From the NCBI GenBank assembly GCA_021840255.1, contig JAKBYX010000011.1, positions 3,015 to 67,014 of the forward strand: a DNA stretch of 64,000 bases. The letters run 5' to 3'. Below, in pieces: positions 9,601-17,639 of this stretch. Source of the stretch: Nitrospirota bacterium (GTDB taxonomy: Bacteria; Nitrospirota; Thermodesulfovibrionia; Thermodesulfovibrionales; JdFR-88). Within the stretch, counting starts at the first letter, position 1. Each line of letters begins with the position of its first letter. The notes beneath the pieces are model-generated. The model had not been told where the DNA came from and ran no database searches. It worked only from the letters and a program-made list of their open reading frames with translations. A program made the position numbers and the translations under genes.

Positions 9601-10332
9601 TCAATCCGGGTTGAAGACAAATCCTACCTCAAGGCCGCCCGGCGGCAGCACCCCCGGCGGGGGCGGCACCTTTGCCGTCCTTTGAATGGCCCTTATCGCG
9701 GACTGGTCAAAAAGCCCGTTGCCTGAGCGCTTCTCAAACCCTTTGGCGACAAGGGTCCCGTCTTTAAGGATGTCTATGGTGACCGTGGCCTCTATCCCGT
9801 GGACCTTAGCGTCCGGAAGATACCAGTTTCTCCAGATAGACCCCTTCACTTGGCTTAAGTATCCCTTAAGCGCGGTATTATCCCCCGCGCCTGCCTGTGC
9901 GCTGCCTCCTGCGTGGCCTTTGTTTTTACTGCTTTTGCTGCTTTTGTTTATGACCACTTTTTCTCTAAGCTTTACCTTTTTTTCGATCCCGTTTACGGCC
10001 CGCTCGATATCCACGCTCTGCTGTATCCTGGCCAGTTCTTTAGCTATCAGGGCATCGCTTTCATGCGAATGCCTCTCAGGCCTCTTTTCCGGCATGGCCA
10101 TCGAGGCCTTTTTTTCAACAGGGACCGGGCGGGGGGCTTTGGTCTGCGCCAATTGTCTTTCAGTAACGGGTTTTCTGCTTTCCGCCGGTTTATCAAATCT
10201 GCCGGCAGGCGAGACCAGGTCCACCTGGAACGGTTGGGGTATTATGAAGGGCTTTTTGAGCGTTATGGCAAGCGCGGACAGTATGACCGCGTGAAACAAT
10301 ACCGACAGGAAGAGCGTTTTTTCAAAAGTCAT
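9601..10332 (-). CDS. tolA: TolA/TonB family energy transducer
   Basis: N-terminal TM helix with SxxxH (SVLFH), Pro/Lys linker, TonB-C domain (IWRNW..SGNGLFDQSAIRAI); located between tolR and tolB. Confidence 0.8.
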   Translation of the reverse strand: MTFEKTLFLSVLFHAVILSALAITLKKPFIIPQPFQVDLVSPAGRFDKPAESRKPVTERQLAQTKAPRPVPVEKKASMAMPEKRPERHSHESDALIAKELARIQQSVDIERAVNGIEKKVKLREKVVINKSSKSSKNKGHAGGSAQAGAGDNTALKGYLSQVKGSIWRNWYLPDAKVHGIEATVTIDILKDGTLVAKGFEKRSGNGLFDQSAIRAIQRTAKVPPPPGVLPPGGLEVGFVFNPD

Positions 10333-10367
10333 CCAGGCGCTTTACTTTTTTCGCTTTTTGTTTTTGC

Positions 10368-10769
10368 CTATTTGTTCTTCAGTGGTTCGGTCACGATGCC
10401 CAGTTTCTGGATCCCGGCGTCCTTAATCTCGCCCATCACCTGCGCGACCCTTCCGTACGAGACAGCCCTGTCAGCCTCCAGGTAGACGTCCGGGTCCTCC
10501 TTGCTGAGCATGCTGAGCCGGGCCTTCATCTGTTCCATGTTGAGCCTGGCTCCCTTCATGTAGAGACTTCCGTCCTTCTTTACGTTTATCGTTATAGGGC
10601 CTTCATAGGGAAGGGACTTGCCTTTGGCCTGCGGGAGATTGACGTCCACCCCCTGTTTCATAAGCGGCGCCGTCACCATGAAGATGACCAGCAGCACCAG
10701 CATTACGTCAACAAGAGGAGTGACATTTATTTCCGAGAGGCTGCCGCGGCCCTGCCTTTCACCTGTCAC
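10368..10769 (-). CDS. tolR: TolR/ExbD
   Basis: SEINVTPLVDVMLVLLVIFMVTAP, ADRAVSYGRV. Confidence 0.92.
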   Translation of the reverse strand: MTGERQGRGSLSEINVTPLVDVMLVLLVIFMVTAPLMKQGVDVNLPQAKGKSLPYEGPITINVKKDGSLYMKGARLNMEQMKARLSMLSKEDPDVYLEADRAVSYGRVAQVMGEIKDAGIQKLGIVTEPLKNK

Positions 10770-11385
10770 GGTTTGCGCCTGTAAGGATCGCTTCTATCTC
10801 GGGGGAGAGGCTTTCCATCTCCTGGATGGCGCGCCTGGTCCTGCCTACATAATAGTTATAGCCTATAACGGCCGGGATTGCCGCCACAAGCCCGAACGCC
10901 GTTGTGATCAGCGCCTCCGAAATGCCGGGGGCCACTACCGCGAGGGACGCGCTTCCCTTGAAGCCTATGCCCCTGAAGGCGTTGACTATCCCCCATACGG
11001 TCCCGAAAAGACCGATAAACGGGGTGGTTGAACCGGTTGTGGCAAGAAAGTTCACATACTTTTCTATCTTTCCGGCCTCTACTACCTCCTGCCGGTTTAT
11101 GGCCCGCTTCAGCCGTTCCTTCGATACCGCCTCGGGAAACACGTTCCTGTAAAGGCTTGCCGCGGGGCTTGTGTCCAGGGCCTTCGCCTGGGCGAGCGTC
11201 CCCCTTGCGTCCCCGCTGTCGAGCACCCGGATGAATATCCGGTTCTGCCTTTCCAGCCTGGACATGTACTGGTATTTGTAGATGATTATCGCCCAGGAGA
11301 CAACGGAGAACGTAAGCAGCAATAATACGACCAATTTCACCAGCATGCTGGCTTCGAGTACCATCTGTAAAGGGTTTGTTTCCAT
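10759..11385 (-). CDS. tolQ: TolQ (MotA/TolQ/ExbB family)
   Basis: LATTGSTTPFIGLFGTVWGI, VAPGISEALITTAFGLVAAIPA. Confidence 0.93.
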   Translation of the reverse strand: METNPLQMVLEASMLVKLVVLLLLTFSVVSWAIIIYKYQYMSRLERQNRIFIRVLDSGDARGTLAQAKALDTSPAASLYRNVFPEAVSKERLKRAINRQEVVEAGKIEKYVNFLATTGSTTPFIGLFGTVWGIVNAFRGIGFKGSASLAVVAPGISEALITTAFGLVAAIPAVIGYNYYVGRTRRAIQEMESLSPEIEAILTGANRDR

Positions 11386-11513
11386 AGCTTTTATTTTAAA
11401 TTATATCTTTCCCTAAAAGTCAAATTCAGCCGTCACGGAAACGGCCGGAGCTCTTTTTTTTAAAGGATTTGTATATTATAAGGTAGTTTAAATGGCAAAT
11501 TAAATTTTTTAAT

Positions 11514-11543
11514 TTGACGATATGTTCGACCATATATTACTGT
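11514..11543 (+). promoter_or_regulatory. Putative sigma70 promoter of dsrC with an imperfect palindrome in the spacer
   Basis: TTGACG at 11514, ATATGTTCGACCATAT dyad at 11520-11535, TACTGT at 11538. Confidence 0.4.
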
Positions 11544-11615
11544 TTACGACTTTGGGCTGTTTCAAATAACCCCGGAAAAAGTTTATAATTATTAGTAAAA
11601 CTAAGGAGGAAAAAA

Positions 11616-11951
11616 ATGCCAACCATTGAATTCCAGGGCAAACAAGTTGAATTGGATGAGGACGGTTATCTCTTAAACCTGGGGGACTGGACGCCTGAGC
11701 TTGCCAACGTTCTGGCTGAACGCGACGGCATGACCCTTACCGAGGCCCACTGGGAAGTGATCAATTTTCTCAGGGATTACTACGCTAAGTACCAGATCGC
11801 CCCTATGATCAAGATACTCGTGAAAGAGATCGCCAAGTCCATGGGCCCGGAGAAGGGCAACACCAAGTATCTCTATCAGCTGTATCCCGCCGGTCCCGCG
11901 AAGCAGGCCTGCCTTTATGCCGGCCTTCCGAAACCCACGGGGTGCGTGTAG
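11616..11951 (+). CDS. dsrC: Dissimilatory sulfite reductase partner DsrC (both C-terminal cysteines present)
   Basis: DEDGYL, HWEVINFLRDYY, C-terminal GPAKQACLYAGLPKPTGCV (CX10C); AAGGAGG SD. Confidence 0.95.
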   Translation: MPTIEFQGKQVELDEDGYLLNLGDWTPELANVLAERDGMTLTEAHWEVINFLRDYYAKYQIAPMIKILVKEIAKSMGPEKGNTKYLYQLYPAGPAKQACLYAGLPKPTGCV

Positions 11952-11970
11952 CAGCGGCTTTTTTTATTTT

Positions 11971-12019
11971 GAGAGCGCGGGTAAACGGCGGAAAAAGACC
12001 GTTTTCCCGCGCTCTTTTT
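11971..12019 (+). terminator. Intrinsic terminator after dsrC
   Basis: agagcgcggg-aaacgg ... ccgttt-cccgcgctct followed by a T run. Confidence 0.75.
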
Positions 12020-12102
12020 CGGGTAAAAGGTGTTCTTTTGTTTTTATTTTTTGATTTGACTATTTTGTTCTATTTAAAAACAAAAACCGGTTTGAGCCAA
12101 CA

Positions 12103-12690
12103 ATGGATCTAAAAGACTTCCTCGTAGAAAAACGCCAGGCCGTCCTCAAAAGATGGCTCGATTATGTGTTGCAGACCTATCCGGCACAGACCGCAGAGAT
12201 GCTCAAATCCAGAAAAAACCAGTTCACCAACCCGGTGGGGAAGATCATATCGGACAGCCTTGGCGCCGTCTACGATGAGCTTGTACGGCAACTCGGGGGC
12301 AAGGAGCAGGAGCCGGGAGAAGAACGCCTGGGGGAGTTTCTGGTGAACATCATCAAGGTGCGTGCTGTTCAGGATTTCACCGCATCAGGCGCGCTGGGTT
12401 TTATCTTTTCACTGAAAAAAGCAGCGAGGGAAGAGGCGGAAGGGTCCGGGTTCGCCAGGGAAGAGATATCTGCTTTTTACAGGCAGATGCTGGAGTTTGG
12501 CACCCTTGTGGACCGGCTTGCGCTGGGCGCCTTTGATTTTTATATGCAGTGCAGGGAGAAGATATACGAGCTAAAGGCGGCCGAGGTGCGAGATCACACC
12601 TTCAGGCTTCTGCAGCAGGCCAATCTTCTCGTTGAGAAGCAAAAAAAAGAAAAAGGAAAAGAAGAACACGGGGAGGAACGTAAAAATTAA
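12103..12690 (+). CDS. dsrT: DsrT (RsbRD N-terminal-like domain)
   Basis: W..TYP..QFTNPVG, IIKVRAVQDF, AFDFYMQCREKIYELK; immediately upstream of dsrMK. Confidence 0.88.
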   Translation: MDLKDFLVEKRQAVLKRWLDYVLQTYPAQTAEMLKSRKNQFTNPVGKIISDSLGAVYDELVRQLGGKEQEPGEERLGEFLVNIIKVRAVQDFTASGALGFIFSLKKAAREEAEGSGFAREEISAFYRQMLEFGTLVDRLALGAFDFYMQCREKIYELKAAEVRDHTFRLLQQANLLVEKQKKEKGKEEHGEERKN

Positions 12691-12713
12691 GCGAAGGAGG
12701 ATGAGATAAAGGG

Positions 12714-13703
12714 ATGAAAGCTCTGTTGCCTTTCCTGGCCGTAGTGTTTCTGGTTTTGCTTGTCATCGCGGGCGTAAAGGCCGCCGGCCTGTATTTCGTG
12801 TTCGGCGTACTGGTGCCTTACGCTGCCGCGGCCGTTTTCCTCTTGGGGTTTGTTTACCGGGTGGTCAAGTGGGGCAAGACGCCCGTGCCGTTCCATATCC
12901 CCACCACGTGCGGACAGCAAAAATCGCTCCCCTGGATCAAGCCCAACGGCATAGAAAATCCATCGGGCACGGGCGGTGTGGTGATTAGGATGCTCCTTGA
13001 GGTCTTCCTGTTCCGCTCCCTTTTTAAAAACCGCAAGACAAAAATGAAGGGGGAGTATCTTACATATGCGTGGGCGCCGTGGCTCTGGCTTTCCGGGATG
13101 GCGTTCCACTGGTCTTTCCTGTTCATAGTGATAAGGCATCTGAGGTTCTTTTTCCAGAGTGTGCCGGTGCCCGTGCAGGCGATCGAGCACCTGGACAGCA
13201 TCCTCAACTGGGGCGTTCCCGCGCTGTACATAACCGATGTGATATTCCTTGCGGCCGTGACCTATCTGTTTTTACGGAGAGTCACGTTGTCGCAGGTGAA
13301 GGCCATAACCCTTCCCGCTGATTTCTTCCCGCTTTTCCTGCTCTTCGGGATCGGCGCCTCAGGCGTGCTCATGAGATATTACACCAGGGTTGACGTGGTG
13401 GGCGTCAAAGAGCTTGTCATGGGCTTGGTCAGCCTTCACCCAGCGGTGGTAAGCGGCATAGGCACCATATTCTATATCCATCTTTTCCTTATCAGCACTC
13501 TTTTTGCCTATTTTCCATGGAGCAAGCTTGTGCATGCCGGCGGCGTGTTTTTGAGCCCTACCAGGAACCTGTCCAACAACAGCCGGGTAGTCCGGCATGT
13601 GAACCCATGGAGTTATCCCGTGAAGGTGCACACATACGAGGAATATGAAGATGACTTCCGGGAGAAAATGAAAATGGCCGGCGTGCCGGTGGAAAGGGAG
13701 TAG
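12714..13703 (+). CDS. dsrM: DsrM membrane b-type cytochrome (NarI/HmeC family)
   Basis: PVPFHIPTTCGQQKSLPW, FHWSF..IRHLRF, FYIHL, PWSKLVHAGGVFLSPTRN, NPW.YPVKVHTYEEYEDDFR. Confidence 0.94.
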   Translation: MKALLPFLAVVFLVLLVIAGVKAAGLYFVFGVLVPYAAAAVFLLGFVYRVVKWGKTPVPFHIPTTCGQQKSLPWIKPNGIENPSGTGGVVIRMLLEVFLFRSLFKNRKTKMKGEYLTYAWAPWLWLSGMAFHWSFLFIVIRHLRFFFQSVPVPVQAIEHLDSILNWGVPALYITDVIFLAAVTYLFLRRVTLSQVKAITLPADFFPLFLLFGIGASGVLMRYYTRVDVVGVKELVMGLVSLHPAVVSGIGTIFYIHLFLISTLFAYFPWSKLVHAGGVFLSPTRNLSNNSRVVRHVNPWSYPVKVHTYEEYEDDFREKMKMAGVPVERE

Positions 13704-13705
13704 AA

Positions 13706-15382
13706 ATGGCGAAGGAACCCAAAAAGGAAGAGCTGTTACAGAGCATAAGTTACAAGGCGCCAAAGACCTTCTGGATGGACACGCCTACGGAGATAAAGCC
13801 GGGCATGTTCTGCTGGGGCGCTAAGGCCAAGAGCCTGAACGTCGTGGGCCTGCCCAACGCCAGGGACTGGAACCCCACCGAGGAGGACTGGAAACTGCCC
13901 GAGAACTGGCAGGAAATACTCATCGAGGGACTGCGCGAGAGGCTGGACAAGTACCGCTCCCTGCGCCTGTTCCTGGACATATGCGTAAGGTGCGGGGCCT
14001 GTGCGGACAAGTGCCATTTCTACATAGGCACCGGCGACCCCAAGAACATGCCGGTGGTGAGGGGCGAGCTCATGAGGAGCGTCTACAGGAAGTACTTCAC
14101 CACCCCGGGCAAGGTGTTTGGCAAGCTGGCCGGCGCAAGGGAAATGGACCTGCAGGTGCTCAAGGAATGGTGGACCTACTTCTTCCAGTGCACGGAGTGC
14201 CGCCGCTGCTCCGTCTTCTGCCCTTACGGCATCGATCATGCGGAGATCACGATAGCGGGCAGGGAGCTTTTGAATCTCCTGGGCCTGAACATCGAATGGA
14301 TACAGGGGCCGGTCTCCAACTGTTATATGAAAGGCAATCACCTCGGCCTGGAACCCCAGACGATCGTGAGCAACGTGGAGTTCATGGTGGATGACATCGA
14401 GACCCTGACTGGCATCCGCATAAACCCAACGTTCAACAGGAAAGGGGCCGAGATACTTTTTGTGACCCCGTCGGGAGACCTCTTCGCGGACCCCGGCACA
14501 TATACCTGCATGGGGTACCTGATGCTCTTCCATGAGCTGGGTCTCGATTACACGTGGAGCACCTATGCCTCGGAGGGCGGAAACTTTGGCTTCTTCACCT
14601 CCAACGAGATGGCTAAGAGGCTTAACGCCAAGATTTACGCGGAGGCAAAGAGGCTTGGGGTGAAATGGATACTGGGCGGTGAGTGCGGCCACATGTGGAG
14701 ACTCGTTCACCAGTATATGGACACATGGAACGGCCCCGCCGATTTCCTTGAGGTCCCGAAATCCCCGATAACCGGCACGGTCTTCGAGAATGCCCGCACC
14801 ACAAAGATGACCCATATCATCGAGTTCACTGCGGACCTTATGAAACACGGCAAGCTGAAGCTGGACCCCTCCAGGAACGACCACCTGAAAGTCACGTTCC
14901 ACGACTCCTGCAATACGTCAAGGGGTATGGGGGTGTTCGAGGAGCCGCGGTTCGTGCTTAAAAACATATGCCGGAACTTCTACGAGATGCCCAGGGAGAC
15001 CATAAAGGAGCAGACGTTCTGCTGTGGCAGCGGCTCCGGCCTGAATGCCGGAGAGGACATGGAACTGCGCCTGAGGGGCGGATTGGCCAGGGCAAACGCA
15101 GTCAAGTACGTGCATGACAAGCATGACGTGAACATGCTGGCCAACATCTGCGCCATAGACAGGGCGTCCCTGACAACCTCGATGAATTACTGGGTTCCCG
15201 GGGTCACGGTGGCAGGCGTGCACGAGCTGGTGGCCAATGCCCTTGTCATGAAGGGAGAGAAAAAGAGGGAGACCGACCTGAGGGGCGAGCCTCTTCCGTC
15301 CGCGGAGGAGGAAATAAGCGTGGAGGCCAGGGCGGTGGCCCAGGCGGAAGGCGAAAAGCTGGGAGGTGAGGCTAATGTATAA
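13706..15382 (+). CDS. dsrK: DsrK iron-sulfur/CCG-domain subunit (HdrD-like)
   Basis: CVRCGACADKC, CTECRRCSVFC, GECGH, TFHDSC..TFCCGSG..CAID CCG motif. Confidence 0.96.
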   Translation: MAKEPKKEELLQSISYKAPKTFWMDTPTEIKPGMFCWGAKAKSLNVVGLPNARDWNPTEEDWKLPENWQEILIEGLRERLDKYRSLRLFLDICVRCGACADKCHFYIGTGDPKNMPVVRGELMRSVYRKYFTTPGKVFGKLAGAREMDLQVLKEWWTYFFQCTECRRCSVFCPYGIDHAEITIAGRELLNLLGLNIEWIQGPVSNCYMKGNHLGLEPQTIVSNVEFMVDDIETLTGIRINPTFNRKGAEILFVTPSGDLFADPGTYTCMGYLMLFHELGLDYTWSTYASEGGNFGFFTSNEMAKRLNAKIYAEAKRLGVKWILGGECGHMWRLVHQYMDTWNGPADFLEVPKSPITGTVFENARTTKMTHIIEFTADLMKHGKLKLDPSRNDHLKVTFHDSCNTSRGMGVFEEPRFVLKNICRNFYEMPRETIKEQTFCCGSGSGLNAGEDMELRLRGGLARANAVKYVHDKHDVNMLANICAIDRASLTTSMNYWVPGVTVAGVHELVANALVMKGEKKRETDLRGEPLPSAEEEISVEARAVAQAEGEKLGGEANV

Positions 15383-15761
15383 CGGCGGCAAGATAATCGC
15401 GGGCCTGACGATTTTCCTGGGCCTGATTACGTTTCCCATCTACTATAGCGTGGGCAAGGCCAATCCCCATCCAAACCCGTCGCTGGATACGCCCGTCATA
15501 AACCAGATGAAGGTGAAGCACTGCGTGGAGTCCAGAGAGTTCATGAGGGCCAACCACATGCGGCTGCTCCGGGGCTGGATGAAAACGGTCCTCGCCGGCA
15601 AAGGCTGCGTGTATGTCAGCTCGACTGGCGAAAAGTACAATATGAGCTGGGACACCTGCTGGAACTGCCATTCCAGCAAAAAGCAGTTCTGCGACAGGTG
15701 CCATAACTACATGGCCGTGGACCTGCCGTGCTGGAAGTGCCATTCAGAGCCCAATACGTAG
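15375..15761 (+). CDS. dsrJ: DsrJ triheme cytochrome c
   Basis: MYNGGKII signal/anchor, CVE..FMRANHM, three CxxCH (CWNCH, CDRCH, CWKCH); overlaps the dsrK stop. Confidence 0.92.
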   Translation: MYNGGKIIAGLTIFLGLITFPIYYSVGKANPHPNPSLDTPVINQMKVKHCVESREFMRANHMRLLRGWMKTVLAGKGCVYVSSTGEKYNMSWDTCWNCHSSKKQFCDRCHNYMAVDLPCWKCHSEPNT

Positions 15762-15791
15762 GTAATGCGGGGTCTTTAATACATTCAAGAC

Positions 15792-15834
15792 GGCCGGGAA
15801 CCGGGACTTGCCTCCGGTTCCCGGCCCTCCTTTT
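15792..15834 (+). terminator. Strong hairpin / terminator directly after dsrJ
   Basis: Perfect 13-bp stem ggccgggaaccgg / ccggttcccggcc followed by ctcctttt. Confidence 0.7.
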
Positions 15835-15969
15835 GAGGGTTAAGATGTTTGCAAAAAGGGCCCGTTTACAGATAATATATTGACAGTGCTTTCTCTGGTT
15901 TATATCAGGAAATCATCGTTTCAAAATTAAACTTTTTTTAAAAAGTAAAAATCCAAGGAGGTGAGTGAT

Positions 15970-16155
15970 ATGTATAACGTGTCCGTTGATTCAGCGAAGT
16001 GCGAGGGTTGCGAAGAGTGTGTAAGCATATGCCCCAATGAGGTGTTCAAGATGGCCGATGGGAAGTCTGATCCGCACCAGGGTGCCGAGTGCGTCTTCTG
16101 CGAAAGCTGCATAGGCGTTTGCCCTACCCAGGCCATTACCATTACCGAGATGTAA
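15970..16155 (+). CDS. 2[4Fe-4S] ferredoxin
   Basis: CEGCEECVSICP and CVFCESCIGVCP; AAGGAGGTG SD; TTGACA at 15880. Confidence 0.92.
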   Translation: MYNVSVDSAKCEGCEECVSICPNEVFKMADGKSDPHQGAECVFCESCIGVCPTQAITITEM

Positions 16156-16175
16156 GGGGAGAAAAAAACGAAACT

Positions 16176-16213
16176 AAAAAGAGAGGGGGAAACTTTTCCC
16201 CCTCTCTTTTTTT
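16176..16213. terminator. Bidirectional terminator between the ferredoxin gene and tusA
   Basis: aaaaagagagggggaaa-ct-tttccccctctcttttttt, with A and T tails on both sides. Confidence 0.85.
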
Positions 16214-16241
16214 CTTGCTTCACCTGCTGCCGGGGCCTTTT

Positions 16242-16493
16242 CTACTTTTTCTGTATGTAAAGCTCCCAGTAGCCTTTGTCTTCCAGCTTCTTGGACTCGA
16301 ACCCGTAGCCAAGCTTCTGGGCCCACCTGGGTATCGTGTCTTCGGCGGAAGCGGGCGCATCGCAGAGGACCTTTATAATGTCGCCCCCCTTGAGTTTCTC
16401 GATCGCCTTTTTTGTCAGAACCAGGGGATAGGGGCACACCCTTCCCAGCGTATCCAGAACTTCTGTCGGTGCAGTGCTGCTTAGTTCGCCCAT
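16242..16493 (-). CDS. tusA: TusA family sulfur carrier
   Basis: LDTLGRVCPYP (CPxP motif), IKVLCD, WELYIQK; AAGGAGGAG SD. Confidence 0.92.
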   Translation of the reverse strand: MGELSSTAPTEVLDTLGRVCPYPLVLTKKAIEKLKGGDIIKVLCDAPASAEDTIPRWAQKLGYGFESKKLEDKGYWELYIQKK

Positions 16494-16556
16494 GTTAGAG
16501 ATCTCCTCCTTTCGTTTTTATGAGGATTTTCACTTTTTTCACTTTTTGTTTTTGCG

Positions 16557-16967
16557 CTAAAAGAAAAGGACGTGCTTGGCCTCTTCCATTATTTTTTCTA
16601 TCTGGGCAAACGGAACGACATTCATCCTCTTTTCCGCCCCCATATCATCCGCATCCGGCAGCTGGTCTTCCGTTATGCCGTATTTCTCCATGTCTTCCTT
16701 GCATACATATACGTCAAGGTCGACCAAGAGGCAGTTTTTCGCGTGCAGCTCGCTTGAGTTAATGCCGTAAGGGGCCATTGCATTTTGCCCCTTGGATATG
16801 CCCAGCAGACCCTCGCCCACAAAGCAGAGCGAAGGGGTAACCGTGTCCCCATCCTCAAGGAGCACCTCCACGGTCTGGTAAGAGAGGGCATGCGTCAGGG
16901 CAAGCCTTGAAGTCTCACCCTTATACTGCGGCCTCTGGACTATGAATGCGCATTTGATGTCCGCCAT
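16557..16967 (-). CDS. DsrF/TusC-like protein (DsrE/F superfamily)
   Basis: AFIVQRPQY, LCFVGEGL..KGQ, VYVCKEDMEKYGI, VLFF C-terminus; second of three DsrE/F/H-sized genes next to tusA. Confidence 0.7.
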   Translation of the reverse strand: MADIKCAFIVQRPQYKGETSRLALTHALSYQTVEVLLEDGDTVTPSLCFVGEGLLGISKGQNAMAPYGINSSELHAKNCLLVDLDVYVCKEDMEKYGITEDQLPDADDMGAEKRMNVVPFAQIEKIMEEAKHVLFF

Positions 16968-16970
16968 TAT

Positions 16971-17330
16971 TTATTCACCTCCTATTTGCAGGACCCTGTC
17001 GGCGCAGTGAACCTTGGACAGGTACCAGTGCATCGCGTTCCACTGTATCTTCGCTATGCTCTCGGTCTTTTGGATGCCCCTTGACACGGTGCAAGCCTCG
17101 CAGGTGCATACCTCAACTCCCTTTTCCATCAGTTCAACCAGGTACTTCTCGCCGGTCGAATAGTCCTTCAGGTGTTTCTGGTGGGCCTTTACGGAAACGG
17201 TGGCATTGCCAGAAAACCAGATGTTAACAACATGTCCTTTGTCTGCGGCCGCATTGGCCAACCTTAACGCAAAGTCATAACACCCCGAGCCCACAAGGCC
17301 GGGGAAAACGCCCATCGTCAGAACTCCCAT
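16971..17330 (-). CDS. DsrE/TusD-like sulfurtransferase
   Basis: FALRLANAAADKGH.V.IWFSGNA, VCTCEACTVSRG (Cys at the DsrE active-site position), ADRVL. Confidence 0.75.
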   Translation of the reverse strand: MGVLTMGVFPGLVGSGCYDFALRLANAAADKGHVVNIWFSGNATVSVKAHQKHLKDYSTGEKYLVELMEKGVEVCTCEACTVSRGIQKTESIAKIQWNAMHWYLSKVHCADRVLQIGGE

Positions 17331-17342
17331 CTTTATGTCCTC

Positions 17343-17639
17343 CTAGAGCCAGGCTACTTTTTCAAAATCGTTAAAAATGACGTCAACCAGTCCGCTGTAA
17401 TCCACTACCTTGACCCTCTTGTCCACCTTATCAGGCGAAAGCCCTCTTGTCTGCAGGTCCTCGGAAAGGGCATAAAGCCTGGGTGTTTTATCAAGCAGGG
17501 CAGACTCCTTGCCGCCCTCCTTGAGCACCGCATGGTAAACTCCGTTCTGCACCAGGATGATGCCCACGTTTTCCCCTTTCATCCTGTCCAGGGTTTCGAC
17601 GGCAAGCTTATAATCGCTGACAAATACGCCAAGTTTCAT
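17343..17639 (-). CDS. DsrH/TusB-like protein
   Basis: ILVQNGVYHA, LYALSEDLQTRGL, VVDYSGLVDVI..VAWL. Confidence 0.85.
   Translation of the reverse strand: MKLGVFVSDYKLAVETLDRMKGENVGIILVQNGVYHAVLKEGGKESALLDKTPRLYALSEDLQTRGLSPDKVDKRVKVVDYSGLVDVIFNDFEKVAWL

Noticed and set aside
8884-9726. 280-aa plus-strand ORF opposite tolB/tolA
   Set aside because: Antisense shadow of confidently assigned Tol genes
13736-14902. 388-aa antisense ORF within dsrK
   Set aside because: Mirror-frame artefact of strong codon bias; no SD or recognisable domain
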